Source of the DNA: a virus
Lineage: Duplodnaviria > Caudoviricetes
Length of the DNA stretch: 44,507 nucleotides
Virus record (IMG/VR): IMGVR_UViG_3300027887_000021
Location: 1-44,507 of that record
Direction: 5' to 3' (one strand)
Under the pieces are notes generated by a model. It had not been told where the DNA came from. It did no database searches and worked only from the letters and a program-made list of their open reading frames with translations. Each line of letters starts with the position of its first letter. Position 1 is the first letter of the stretch. The position numbers and the translations under genes were made by a program. Shown one piece after another: positions 1 to 10,119 of this stretch.

Positions 1-106
1 TTTCTGACAACTATCACAGGTTGGCAGGAGGTTGTACGCTTTACTTTGAGAATGGTGCGTGACATTCGGTTCACGCTTGAGAGATAACACATCTGAGGAC
101 TGAACC

Positions 107-523
107 ATGACTCTGCGTATTCCGAATGTTGGCGAAGGCAACATGTTGGAGATGATCGTTAATAAGACGGCTCCTGAGAACTTGATTCTCAAGCTGTTTA
201 CCTCTAACACTACCCCGGCAGATACTGATACTGCTTCTACGTATACCGAGGCTTCTTTTACCGGTTATACGGCTAAGACTCTTGCCGGTAGTAGCTGGAC
301 TGTTACTCCTGGGTCTCCTTCTGAAGCGGCGTATGCTCAACAGACATTTACCTCTACTGCTGGGTCTCAAAGTGCCAGTGTGTATGGCTACTATGTGATT
401 CAAACGACCAGTACAGAGCTGATGTGGTCTGAGCGATTCACTGATGGTCCCTATGTCATTGTGAACAACGGTGATGAGATCAGGATCACTCCGAAGCTGA
501 CTCTCCAAGACACCTTGGATTAA
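107..523 (+). CDS. virion structural / tail-associated protein
   Basis: GAGGA RBS; Thr/Ser-rich beta-type 138 aa protein (EASFTGYTAKTL...YGYYV) of a type usual in phage tail modules; context. Confidence 0.6.
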   Translation: MTLRIPNVGEGNMLEMIVNKTAPENLILKLFTSNTTPADTDTASTYTEASFTGYTAKTLAGSSWTVTPGSPSEAAYAQQTFTSTAGSQSASVYGYYVIQTTSTELMWSERFTDGPYVIVNNGDEIRITPKLTLQDTLD

Positions 524-540
524 TTAAGTACTGGAGTATA

Positions 541-578
541 GGAGGGGGGAGGTTACAAAAACCCCCCCTTCTTACTTT
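541..578 (+). terminator. possible intrinsic terminator hairpin
   Basis: G-run ... C-run stem (GGGGGG-N-CCCCCC) followed by TTCTTACTTT, between two ORFs. Confidence 0.45.
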
Positions 579-590
579 GCGGGGTGAAAC

Positions 591-1085
591 ATGGGATCTG
601 TTGCACCATATTACGACTCCTACAAATCGATTACCATTACTCTTACTAGTCTTTCTAATGGGGGGTATCGATGTAGCTTAGTCCAAGATAATTCAACCAA
701 TCAATATGTCGATGTTTTGCTTGGTGGGTCCATTCAAACAGGAACAGCCACCGGAGGATCAATAGACATCTACATCTATGCTAGCTATGACGGATACAAG
801 TACTCAGGTGGAGTCCCTGGTACAGATTCTCAAATTTCTTGGGGGTCTGGAGGTACATCCTATGATGGGGCATATCAATTAAAAGCAATTGCTAATATTG
901 CTGTTAACAGTTCTGATGATAATACAGACGTTATTTGGGGTCCATTAAGCGTAGCCCAACAATTTGGTGGAGTATTACCTAGATATTGGGGGGTTGTTGT
1001 TTGTAACAACACCGGGGGTTCTTTACATGCCACTGGAACAAACAACGCTATCCGATATATCGGCATAAAATACATGTATGCTTAA
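591..1085 (+). CDS. tail/appendage-associated hypothetical protein
   Basis: 164 aa, Gly/Ser/Thr/Tyr-rich; tail-module context. Confidence 0.55.
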   Translation: MGSVAPYYDSYKSITITLTSLSNGGYRCSLVQDNSTNQYVDVLLGGSIQTGTATGGSIDIYIYASYDGYKYSGGVPGTDSQISWGSGGTSYDGAYQLKAIANIAVNSSDDNTDVIWGPLSVAQQFGGVLPRYWGVVVCNNTGGSLHATGTNNAIRYIGIKYMYA

Positions 1086-1087
1086 AA

Positions 1088-2698
1088 ATGGCAGCCACCT
1101 ACAAAGCTTTAGGTACTACCAGTAAGTCTCTCACATCTCAAGACCTGACCATCAATCTACCGTCAGGAGTGAGTAACGGAGATTTAATAATTCTACATGT
1201 CTATGTAGACATTTACTCTGTCAGTGGGGTTACCTATCCTCAAGACCCTGGTAATGGGTGGACTAGGATTGACTACCCATATGCCTACTACACTTGGCAA
1301 CCTTCTGTATCAGCCTACTATTGTTTTTACGATTCTGGGAATCCACCGACAACAACCTATCCTGCCTCTAAGCTTACTTTTCCTGCCGTAATACACACTA
1401 CTGCTTGGACCGGTGTCAATATTTCATGCCCGATAGGTGGGCATAATAATCAAATATATTCTTATGATTCAACTCCTCCTGCTCCAAACTACATATCCTA
1501 TAGGTCTGGTGCAACTGTTTTGATGCAAAGCATCTACAATTATTGTAACAGTTCTAGCACTGCCTATCTCTCAAGTACTTTTGATGCAACCCATTATTCT
1601 GGTTCAACATCAGAAGTAACTTCTAATTATGTGTCAACTGGAACCTATCCCTATGGGATATCCACGGCTTTAGCCTATTCTCATGTTACCAATAGCGGGA
1701 CTATCCCCTACGATAAATCTCGCCCAACTTTTTCTGATCTTGGCAGCTACGATGAGGCAATGGTCCTCATCATCGAGTTGTTGGAGAGCGATAGTGCTTG
1801 CCCACCAAAAAGTAGTACTGGGTCTGGTGGGGTTAAGATCTTTGGTCATGGACAAAGTCAACCCTACCCATTTAACCCTACCGGTGGGGTCAAATTCATT
1901 AGCAATGACATTCCTGGCCCTTCTGAATCAACATACCCCAGGTATTACAAGACACACGATGCCTATACCTACGACACAGAAGGTAGTGGGTTACTGTTCA
2001 CTAAAATTCCAATGCCGGTTGTTTTAGAGCCTGCTGTAATAGTCCCTTCGAAAATCTCAGTAAAGACCGTTAAACACAGCAAAAAATTGGTTGGGAATCA
2101 TACTACTATACTTACTTTTTTCCTGAAGTCATTATCCTATTATGATAGTGGATTTGTTTATTACCTTAGAACAACCACAGGAGATTATGATCTACGTATC
2201 AATCTTTCTGCTGGAGTGTCTAAAATAACAGTTGGATTGCCAAATGGTAGTTACGTTCAATTTACGCCAGTACCCGGTAGCACGTTGTCATTAAATACGT
2301 GGTACTGCGTAGGCTATCTATCCTCAGGAGATGGGAGTATCACCCCTGTTAAACTGTATATAGGGGAATCCCCTACTACTATGACTGAGCTAACTGCAAC
2401 AAATTCTTATCAAAATTCTTTAGTACTACCTCCATATGCTAATTTTAGCCAGCTTGGTGCTAAAGATCCTTCCAGTTATGGTTGGGGTGACGCTGATGTA
2501 AACATTGGCTATGTTGCTTCTGTTGACAACCATCTATCCCTAGATGAGATAAAAACCATCGTAGAAAAAGGCCCACTTACGCTGCACAATTATGGTGGGC
2601 AAGTATTTAGGATGCTGATAGCCAATAGACGGGACTTTGTTACAAATACCCCTGCTATTACTGGTGTCTATGAATTCGGTGGTGGAGGAGGAGGGTAG
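1088..2698 (+). CDS. putative tail fibre / receptor-binding protein, possibly with a C-terminal LamG-like domain
   Basis: N-terminus resembles that of 6389..9772; two GGVK motifs; LSLNTWYCVG...VKLYIG...LSLDEI resembles a LamG/concanavalin pattern. Confidence 0.5.
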   Translation: MAATYKALGTTSKSLTSQDLTINLPSGVSNGDLIILHVYVDIYSVSGVTYPQDPGNGWTRIDYPYAYYTWQPSVSAYYCFYDSGNPPTTTYPASKLTFPAVIHTTAWTGVNISCPIGGHNNQIYSYDSTPPAPNYISYRSGATVLMQSIYNYCNSSSTAYLSSTFDATHYSGSTSEVTSNYVSTGTYPYGISTALAYSHVTNSGTIPYDKSRPTFSDLGSYDEAMVLIIELLESDSACPPKSSTGSGGVKIFGHGQSQPYPFNPTGGVKFISNDIPGPSESTYPRYYKTHDAYTYDTEGSGLLFTKIPMPVVLEPAVIVPSKISVKTVKHSKKLVGNHTTILTFFLKSLSYYDSGFVYYLRTTTGDYDLRINLSAGVSKITVGLPNGSYVQFTPVPGSTLSLNTWYCVGYLSSGDGSITPVKLYIGESPTTMTELTATNSYQNSLVLPPYANFSQLGAKDPSSYGWGDADVNIGYVASVDNHLSLDEIKTIVEKGPLTLHNYGGQVFRMLIANRRDFVTNTPAITGVYEFGGGGGG

Positions 2699-3267
2699 TG
2701 CCTAAAAATAACCCCTTCATACTAGGGGCTATTCATAGACCTATTTGGGTGCCTATCCACAAGCACCCAGTGTGGACGTTTTACGGTTCCTCTCCTGAAA
2801 GTGAAGGGCACACACCCGTTATTCTTGGTACTGCAGCAGTTACTTCAATACTAAAGAATGAACAATACCTTCATCCTTCTTCTGATAACACTGATGGAAC
2901 TTGGTTACCTAGTACTGGAACGGAGTTGTATTCCTGCGTAGATGAACTGATTGCGGATAGTTCAGATTACATCTACTCCACCTCGGGGGGAGCCTGTTCT
3001 CCTCTGGTGTTGAACATTGAGCCCCCAACTGAAGAACCCCTACTTGAAAGAGACAGCCATAGAATATTAGTGGAAGCATGGTCAGATGATCCAGGGGCAA
3101 CTTTTAAGGTCTCTGCTCTTAGCGACTCAACAGTAGTTGCTTATCGATATTTGACCAATGTACCTGAGACAAAAACAATTTATGAGTGGTTATTAACCAA
3201 CGAAGAAGCTTCTGACATATCCGATTACACTTCTTTGCAATTCAAAGTGGAAAAAGTGAATGTTTAG
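2698..3267 (+). CDS. tail-associated protein, paralog of the C-terminal domain of 5673..6392
   Basis: shared PxSDN..G.W......L.SCVD.....SDYIY...LTxxExSxIS motif. Confidence 0.55.
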   Translation: MPKNNPFILGAIHRPIWVPIHKHPVWTFYGSSPESEGHTPVILGTAAVTSILKNEQYLHPSSDNTDGTWLPSTGTELYSCVDELIADSSDYIYSTSGGACSPLVLNIEPPTEEPLLERDSHRILVEAWSDDPGATFKVSALSDSTVVAYRYLTNVPETKTIYEWLLTNEEASDISDYTSLQFKVEKVNV

Positions 3268-4096
3268 TAAAATGCATAACTATCAGGGGTACAAATATCG
3301 AGTATCCAATGGGTATGCTCCAACTACCACTAGCGGAACTGCTGTAACCTCTTCGTCTACTGCAAATCAATACGGAAGCTGGACTGAGGTTTTAGATACC
3401 TTAGATGCAAGTTCTCTTTGGGTCCATCTCAACATACATAACACTTTTGCATCAGGCACAGCCAGAAACAGTTATTTTGATATTGGTTATGGACAAAGCT
3501 CTAGTTCTGTGGTTGCAGTAGCTGAAAAATTAGCAGTTTGTAATACAGCCCCTATTGTTGGGTCCACATGGATGTTTCCTTTGTACATTCCTGCCGGGGA
3601 GAAAGTGTTTGTAAAGCACCAATGTTCAGTATCCAGCATCACAGGATACGTTCAAATTGGTTTAATTGGTGGAGGTATGCAAGGGTACGACTCTATCAAG
3701 GTGCAAAGAATAGAGCCGATTGGTTACACTTCTGGATCTACTACCGGAACTTCTATCACTATTGCCACTGGGGCACAGGGGTCATGGACGCAGCTTTCTT
3801 CTTCTACTCCAAGAAGATACATTGGTTTAATGAGTTCGCAATTACTCACCACTAGTACAAGCAGATCTCAATATTCAGTTAACACGATTCACATTGGGGT
3901 TGGCAATGGAAGCAGCACCCAATGCGTTGGCTACAGTGCAATGAGGGAGTATGTTGTAGAAGTAGATGAGAGGCTGTGTAGTATGCACATCCCGGTGTTT
4001 ACCATAGTTCCAGTGTCTTCTTATCTTTATGCGGCTGCACAAGGAATATCTGCTGATAGTAATATGTCTGTAATCTTATATGGGATGCGTGGATAA
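3260..4096 (+). CDS. tail-associated hypothetical protein
   Basis: 278 aa Ser/Thr-rich; similar to 4080..4949 (LNIH/VNIH, PLYIPAG/PITLPTG, VEVDER/VETDER). Confidence 0.55.
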   Translation: MFSKMHNYQGYKYRVSNGYAPTTTSGTAVTSSSTANQYGSWTEVLDTLDASSLWVHLNIHNTFASGTARNSYFDIGYGQSSSSVVAVAEKLAVCNTAPIVGSTWMFPLYIPAGEKVFVKHQCSVSSITGYVQIGLIGGGMQGYDSIKVQRIEPIGYTSGSTTGTSITIATGAQGSWTQLSSSTPRRYIGLMSSQLLTTSTSRSQYSVNTIHIGVGNGSSTQCVGYSAMREYVVEVDERLCSMHIPVFTIVPVSSYLYAAAQGISADSNMSVILYGMRG

Positions 4097-4097
4097 T

Positions 4098-4949
4098 ATG
4101 TTATTGCCAACTTCTCCAAAAGGTGGTCGTTCAACTACTAATGCAACCTACCCAAGTTCAAGTGCGGGTACTCTTGTTAATGTTGTAGGCACTCCTACAA
4201 CTTTACTTACCTACGGGTTTCCAACAAGCGGTGTTTTTGTAAATATCCATGGTGGTAGAGTAGATGGAGCAAACAACTCATCTGTTTTTGTCATAAGCTA
4301 TGCTGCTTACATCTCTTCTTATTTGCACCCTTTTATTAAAGGGGAGCTAACTGGAGGTGGAGATGGTATTGGTTGGTGTATCTACCTGCCAATAACTTTG
4401 CCTACTGGGTATTTGTTCGGTACTTTGTCTTCTGGTAATAGAGGATGCTACATGGAAGCCGTGGCTTACCATAGTACTGGTTTAATTTATGCCCTTTCTT
4501 ATGATAGGTATATGGATGGGTACACTTGGACAGGGGCTACCGTTGTTGGAACTTCTGATATAGGTACAAGTGGTAGTTACGGTAACTATGCCCAATCTGC
4601 AACATCCACAGGTATTACAAGTAGTCCTCATAGATGGCACTTGATGGCTCTAGCAAATCTTGGTATTGATGATGCAAGTAAAACGCAGCATCAAATAAAT
4701 TGTCAGAAATGGGCCGCCGGTTCTTCATCTAACGAGGTTGATGATCCGATACTCACTAATTGGAATTATTGTGTAGAAACAGATGAAAGGTCCCTATCCT
4801 TTAACTTTCCTGCCATGGCTTTCAAATATGGGTCAAATAATGAAAGCGGCAATGTATGGTATAAAAACGTGGCGTGTAGTGACGCTACTCCAGACGTAAA
4901 TGCTTCCAGCCAGCAAAATTGTTGGCACAATTTTAGAGTGTTGACCTAA
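4098..4949 (+). CDS. tail-associated hypothetical protein, paralog of 3260..4096
   Basis: shared motifs; start placed at the ATG directly after the upstream stop. Confidence 0.5.
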   Translation: MLLPTSPKGGRSTTNATYPSSSAGTLVNVVGTPTTLLTYGFPTSGVFVNIHGGRVDGANNSSVFVISYAAYISSYLHPFIKGELTGGGDGIGWCIYLPITLPTGYLFGTLSSGNRGCYMEAVAYHSTGLIYALSYDRYMDGYTWTGATVVGTSDIGTSGSYGNYAQSATSTGITSSPHRWHLMALANLGIDDASKTQHQINCQKWAAGSSSNEVDDPILTNWNYCVETDERSLSFNFPAMAFKYGSNNESGNVWYKNVACSDATPDVNASSQQNCWHNFRVLT

Positions 4950-5320
4950 TGTCATACATTGCTTCTTTAGCAGAAGGAACAACCTACCCTACTACTACAG
5001 CACAAAAGATAGGCAGTACCTATGACTACTCTGGGATTGTTCAGTTGTTTATCACTAGAGTCAATGGAACCACCAATGAACAAGGTGATATCTATGACTA
5101 TCAAGTATGGTTAAAAGAAAAGGTTACAGCTTCTGGGTCCCAAAGAGTGGTATGGAAAACTGTGGGGTATAAAAGCTCATGGCACGAAACTTATGCCAGA
5201 CCAGAAGTTGTAGTATCCCCCCCTATTATGGTTGCACATAGTTGGGACTTTTGGATTATCTCCCCTCAAAGTAACCCCTACTATTGTAACCTGCAGTACT
5301 CCATTAGAATTTTACGATAG
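4949..5320 (+). CDS. small tail-associated protein, paralog of 5329..5673
   Basis: shared LKEKV/LLEKV..G.Q.VV...SP.++.H.W.F...SIR pattern. Confidence 0.55.
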   Translation: MSYIASLAEGTTYPTTTAQKIGSTYDYSGIVQLFITRVNGTTNEQGDIYDYQVWLKEKVTASGSQRVVWKTVGYKSSWHETYARPEVVVSPPIMVAHSWDFWIISPQSNPYYCNLQYSIRILR

Positions 5321-5328
5321 AGGCAGAT

Positions 5329-5673
5329 ATGGCAATTTCAGAAATAGCTTCTGGTACAAGAACTACATCTCCTGTGGAGTCCTCATATACTGCTCTGTAT
5401 AGCTCTAGCACTACCACAGATGGGATTTTTTGTGTGGTAATGGATCTCACTAATATGGCAGTAGGAGACATTGTTGAAATACAACTGTTAGAAAAGGTTT
5501 TATCTACCGGAAACCAAAAAGTGGTTTTTCAGGCAATTTTTTACGACGTACAAGCTGACCCTGTATTTATATCCCCATCATTGCTACTAATGCATGGTTG
5601 GGCTTTTGGAGTGAGACAAACTGCTGGATCATCAAGATCATTGGACTGGTCTATTAGAGGGGTAACCGCGTAA
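5329..5673 (+). CDS. small tail-associated protein
   Basis: GAGG RBS; paralog of preceding gene. Confidence 0.55.
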   Translation: MAISEIASGTRTTSPVESSYTALYSSSTTTDGIFCVVMDLTNMAVGDIVEIQLLEKVLSTGNQKVVFQAIFYDVQADPVFISPSLLLMHGWAFGVRQTAGSSRSLDWSIRGVTA

Positions 5674-6392
5674 TGTTTGCTTATGCCTACAGTCCACTGC
5701 TACCGGCTGGGACGTTAGGCATATCTGTCTACTCATATGTCTCTTCTGGTGGTGCAAAGGCTGGGGGTGCTCCAGTCTACAACCCCTCTGGAACTATCTA
5801 CATATCTTGGGTGGAATTTCGATTCCCACTAATCCCTGCCAAAAAGGTAAGCGGTGAAGGTGGCATAAAAATTGGTGGGTCTCAGGCTCCCGGATTTACT
5901 CTTTCCAGGGAAGCCTCCGGTGGTATTGTTTTAGATGGAACTGCAACTACCAACTCTAAACAAATTTTGGTTGGAGGGGCAGCCCTTACCGCTTTCATTT
6001 CCTATGGATCGTTACTTCCTGTTTCTGACAATTCCGCAGGAAGCTGGGTGGCCTATCCAAACGGGTCTCTTTCTTCTTGCGTAGATGATACACCTCTAAT
6101 AGACCTATCCGACTACATCTACACTAAGACTACAGGTAGTTCTTGTAGTTTGAAGTTGGGTGCTCCAGAGCAGTCTCCTGCCTCTATGGACAATCATAAG
6201 ATTGTTTACATAGTACGTGGTAGAGGGGGATCTTGTACTATCAGAGTAAAAGAGAATACTACTTTGATTGCAAGTTGGACTGATAACAACCTCCCATTAG
6301 AAGATGTCACTTTGGAGCACACTCTTACTTCTCAAGAGGTGAGTAACATTTCAAATTGGAACAACTTGTATATTGAGCTGGAAGCAGCATGA
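5673..6392 (+). CDS. tail-associated protein with GGxxxGG repeats
   Basis: about four GGxxxGG-type units plus a domain shared with 2698..3267. Confidence 0.55.
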   Translation: MFAYAYSPLLPAGTLGISVYSYVSSGGAKAGGAPVYNPSGTIYISWVEFRFPLIPAKKVSGEGGIKIGGSQAPGFTLSREASGGIVLDGTATTNSKQILVGGAALTAFISYGSLLPVSDNSAGSWVAYPNGSLSSCVDDTPLIDLSDYIYTKTTGSSCSLKLGAPEQSPASMDNHKIVYIVRGRGGSCTIRVKENTTLIASWTDNNLPLEDVTLEHTLTSQEVSNISNWNNLYIELEAA

Positions 6393-9300
6393 CTATTAGC
6401 TACGGATCAATAACCACTACCCCTGCTACAGGGACAACGAGTTTATCGGTTGCGTATCCGAGCAGCATTTCTGCCGGTAATCTTTTATTGTTGGTTGTTG
6501 CTGTCCGGTATTCAGGCTCATCAGTAGATACTCCCTCAGGTTGGAATCTTGTATCTGGCAGTTCAGGGTGGGGGAGTGGTACAGATGGTGCCGATGCAGG
6601 TTATGCCGGTTGTTGGGTATTCTCAAAAGTAGCTACAGGTTCTGAGTCTGGAAGCTTATCTGTCTCTTGCCCCTCCAGTAATAGTTCCATAGGTGTAATT
6701 TTACGCTATACAAAGTCTACTGGTGGTACTTGGTTAATAGATGGTTCTTCTTCTGGGGATTCAACTCCAGACACGAGTTGGACTTCCTACTCTGGGACTG
6801 CGGATACGTCCCCTACCGGTAAGGTGTATGTCGTCTGCTCTGGCATAAACACGGACGCTACATCCTACACAAGCCATTCTTTAACAAAATCTGGTGTCAC
6901 CTTTGGCACTGGGGCAGAAAGACTTGACACGGTAAGTTCCACGGGCAGTGACTGTGGTTTGGTCATTTGGGAGCAAGAGGTTACCAGTGGCAATTTGACT
7001 AGTACTTTTATTCAGTACTCAGCCACTGCTAGTGCCACTAAGAACAACTACCCCGCTGGCACCGTAACTTTTGCAGGCTTGTTGGAAGCCTTGTACAAAG
7101 AAGTATCTGGTAGTGGTGGGGCAAAAACTGGAGGGTCGGCTACTACTGGTAAATTCACCCCGCCATTAGTTATGTCTGGCGGGGGTATTGGTGGTGGTTC
7201 AGCCACTACACAATATGCCCCACTACAAGTAATTGTTGCCTATGTTGCTTATCGATATCCGTCACAAACGTATTCGATAAAGACTTATATTGGTGCTGGT
7301 GGTCTTTTAGCAAGCGGCTCAGCAACCACTGAAAGAATTCAAGGACAGTTATCGATTGATATAACAGGTTCCGGCGGCATCGTTGCCGGTGGTGTAGCTT
7401 CTGCCAATGAGGTGGATGTCTATACCGTCCTCGGCGGGGCAAAAGCTGGGGGTAGTGCAACTACAAGCATTATCAAAATCTATGGCTATGTGGCTTCCGG
7501 TGGAGTGGTTAGTACTGGGACTGCTACTACTCTCAAGGCCAAAGTCTTTGCTGTAGCTGGTGGTGTGCTTTCCTCTGGCGTTGCTCTCACTACTAAGAGC
7601 AAAGCAGTCGAAGGGCTTGGTGGTCTCCTGGCTTCTGGGGCCGCACAAGTCAGTGCGACCAAAGCATGGACCGGGATTGGTGGGGTGCTCGGAGGGGGTC
7701 AGGCAACGACCCTGCTTTCTGTTACCCATGTATATTCTGTCTCTGGCGGCATCCTTTCAACGGGTGCCGTTCTTGTTTCCCAGTCAAAGAGTCCTGCCAG
7801 TAGTGGTGGTGCTGTTGGTGCCGGTGCGGCTACCACTGAGAGGACTTTTGCGTATTTGTCTACCGGTGGTGCCATTGCCGGTGGGACAGTTTCTGCTTCC
7901 AAAACCAAGGCAACTACCGGAGAGGGTGGTGCAATTGCTGGTGGGTCGGCCACAACCTCACTGGCTTTGTCTTACGTTTACCAAGCTTTGGGTGGGCTGG
8001 TTGGTTCTGGCACTGCTGGCCTAAGTGTAACCGTTGCAATTAATGCAACGGGTGGAGTGCTAGGGTCTGGTGCCGCAGACACCTCTACCATCGTTATTCA
8101 CTTCTACGATGGTTCCGGTGGGATCGTTGGTGGTGGGTCAGCCATCACTACACCAAAGATTGTACGCACCTACTCTTCTGCGGGAGGAGTGGTTGGTGGT
8201 GGTGCCAGTGAAATCAGTGTCACTCAGTCCCCGGTTGTATCTGGCGGGGCTGTTGGTGGTGGCTCTGCAATCACTGAGGCTCAGCGGGTCTACCCCTATG
8301 CCGCAACCGGAGGGTTGGTTGTTGGTGGTGCTGCCTCTTTCCAGTGGATCAATCTCACTGAGACCGTAGGTGGTGTGACCCTTGCTGGGTCTGCCACCAT
8401 TGGGTGGACTCGCATTAGAGAAGGGTCGGGTGGTGCGGTCCTCGGTGGCTATGCCCTGGTTGGCAATACGGCTCAGTACACCTACCCCGTATCCGGGGGG
8501 TTGTTAGTTGGTGGTGCTGCGGAAGTAGAAAAGACCCAGGACCTTGCTGCAACCGGAGGCTTGATCCTTGGTGGCTCTGCAGAGCACTCAAACACCAAGA
8601 GCTATAACGCTTCCGGTGGGTTGGTCGCTGGGGGCTCTAGCACAGTATCAACTTCTGTTTCGGGAACTTCCTCCGGTGGTTCGGTAATTTCCGGTACGGC
8701 AGACGTTGCCGGAACAAAAGCATACTCGGCCTTAGGCACGATCCTCTTAGGGACCTTAACGACCTTTGTCATAACGAAGTCCCCCACTACGTTAGGTGGG
8801 GGTGTGGTAGGAGGTGATGCACTCACTGAACTGGTCTCCTCTTCAAGTAACGTCTACTCGGGTGATGGTGGCAGCATTGTATCCGGCTCCGCAGAGAGGA
8901 GTTGGACGAAATCGAGTGCCGGTGATGGTGGTCTGGTCCTTTCTGGTTCGGCTGACCATGCTCACAACTTCCAATTCGTCGGCTTGGGTGGTTTACTTGT
9001 CAGCGGTAGTGCCGAGTATGCGGAGAGTAACGTCGCTGTTGCGGCGGGAGGGGTTACCCTCGGAGGTTCTGCAAACTCCTCTTTCTCCGTAGGCACTACC
9101 TCTTACGCATACACCGGTTCCGGAGGCATCCTTGCTTCCGGGCAAGCCACTACTTCTCTCGCCGCACATTACTCTCCTCTTGTCGAGGGAGGACTTCTGC
9201 TCTCTGGAGCGGCAATCTTCTCCCTTGACAGGAGCCCCCCGAGTGCGGGTGGGGTGGTGATCGGGGGTGCTGGTGCAATCAGCATCACTGCTGAGCCCCC

Positions 9301-9772
9301 CACAGACGGTGGTCTGGTCCTCGGTGGACAAGCTACTACTGTCTGGACAACACAAACAACCTACCTGGGTGATGGGCAGGCTCTTGTTGGTGGTGCGGCT
9401 CTAGTCCATCTGAGCAAGTCCCCGGATCTCTTCGGTGGCATGGTCCTGAGCGGGGAAAGTGAACTTAACTTCACTGTTCTCCCTGAAAGTATTGGTGGGG
9501 CATTGGTTGGTGGCTCAGCTATTACTGAGTCTGCCCAGGTTCTGATTTATGAATACCAGGGTGCCGGTGGTCTTCTGGTTGGTGGGGAAGCTGGGGAGTT
9601 CTACTTCTCCAATGGAGAGCGTGACACTCTATGGGTGACGGTTTCCTTCGGAATGTCCTTGCCTCTGGAGATGCTGATTGTCAAAGAGCTGCAAGAAAGT
9701 TTGTCAATCACTAGAGACCTTCCCATTGACAACAGGATCACTCAAACTTACCCCGTAGATTTGGAGCTGTAA
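6389..9772 (+). CDS. large Gly-rich repeat fibre-like protein (1127 aa)
   Basis: dozens of ~20-26 aa repeats [ST]GGxxxGGxAxx after an N-terminal globular domain. Confidence 0.65.
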   Translation: MTISYGSITTTPATGTTSLSVAYPSSISAGNLLLLVVAVRYSGSSVDTPSGWNLVSGSSGWGSGTDGADAGYAGCWVFSKVATGSESGSLSVSCPSSNSSIGVILRYTKSTGGTWLIDGSSSGDSTPDTSWTSYSGTADTSPTGKVYVVCSGINTDATSYTSHSLTKSGVTFGTGAERLDTVSSTGSDCGLVIWEQEVTSGNLTSTFIQYSATASATKNNYPAGTVTFAGLLEALYKEVSGSGGAKTGGSATTGKFTPPLVMSGGGIGGGSATTQYAPLQVIVAYVAYRYPSQTYSIKTYIGAGGLLASGSATTERIQGQLSIDITGSGGIVAGGVASANEVDVYTVLGGAKAGGSATTSIIKIYGYVASGGVVSTGTATTLKAKVFAVAGGVLSSGVALTTKSKAVEGLGGLLASGAAQVSATKAWTGIGGVLGGGQATTLLSVTHVYSVSGGILSTGAVLVSQSKSPASSGGAVGAGAATTERTFAYLSTGGAIAGGTVSASKTKATTGEGGAIAGGSATTSLALSYVYQALGGLVGSGTAGLSVTVAINATGGVLGSGAADTSTIVIHFYDGSGGIVGGGSAITTPKIVRTYSSAGGVVGGGASEISVTQSPVVSGGAVGGGSAITEAQRVYPYAATGGLVVGGAASFQWINLTETVGGVTLAGSATIGWTRIREGSGGAVLGGYALVGNTAQYTYPVSGGLLVGGAAEVEKTQDLAATGGLILGGSAEHSNTKSYNASGGLVAGGSSTVSTSVSGTSSGGSVISGTADVAGTKAYSALGTILLGTLTTFVITKSPTTLGGGVVGGDALTELVSSSSNVYSGDGGSIVSGSAERSWTKSSAGDGGLVLSGSADHAHNFQFVGLGGLLVSGSAEYAESNVAVAAGGVTLGGSANSSFSVGTTSYAYTGSGGILASGQATTSLAAHYSPLVEGGLLLSGAAIFSLDRSPPSAGGVVIGGAGAISITAEPPTDGGLVLGGQATTVWTTQTTYLGDGQALVGGAALVHLSKSPDLFGGMVLSGESELNFTVLPESIGGALVGGSAITESAQVLIYEYQGAGGLLVGGEAGEFYFSNGERDTLWVTVSFGMSLPLEMLIVKELQESLSITRDLPIDNRITQTYPVDLEL

Positions 9773-9774
9773 CT

Positions 9775-10119
9775 ATGGCAACCACAACGTCCTGCTCTAG
9801 AGAAATCCATGTGGGGGATGTTGGGACCCTCATCGAGGTTACCCTGTACGATTGCACTACAGTGGTAGACCTGACTGGAGCCACAGTAACGGAGCTTGTT
9901 TTTATGAAACCGTCTGGAACCAAGGTGACGGTAGATGCAGAATTCAAAACAGACGGAACGGATGGAGTCATTCAGTACATTGTTCCGGAAGCAGAGAAAG
10001 AAACTGACCCACCCTTCTTCGATGAAGCGGGGGCCTGGAAAATTCAGGGCAAGGTCACCTTGCCCACTGGGGTATGGAATTCTGACATCGCGAAATTCAA
10101 GGTGTACGACAACCTATGA
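9775..10119 (+). CDS. BppU-like baseplate/adaptor protein
   Basis: IHVGDVG...VDLTGAT...KPSGT...DGVIQY...AGAWKIQGKV pattern typical of BppU N-terminal domains. Confidence 0.65.
   Translation: MATTTSCSREIHVGDVGTLIEVTLYDCTTVVDLTGATVTELVFMKPSGTKVTVDAEFKTDGTDGVIQYIVPEAEKETDPPFFDEAGAWKIQGKVTLPTGVWNSDIAKFKVYDNL

Noticed and set aside
2678-2700. Stop read-through or fusion after the poly-Gly end of 1088..2698
   Set aside because: The next ORF is in a different frame, and the GGAGGAGG run is explained as its RBS.
7500-8000. GCTGGTGG (E. coli Chi) occurrences in the repeat gene
   Set aside because: Explained by Ala-Gly-Gly codons of the protein repeat.
591-9772. Diversity-generating retroelement acting on tail genes
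   Set aside because: No reverse transcriptase and no near-identical TR/VR pair differing at adenines was seen; the paralogy is only at protein level.
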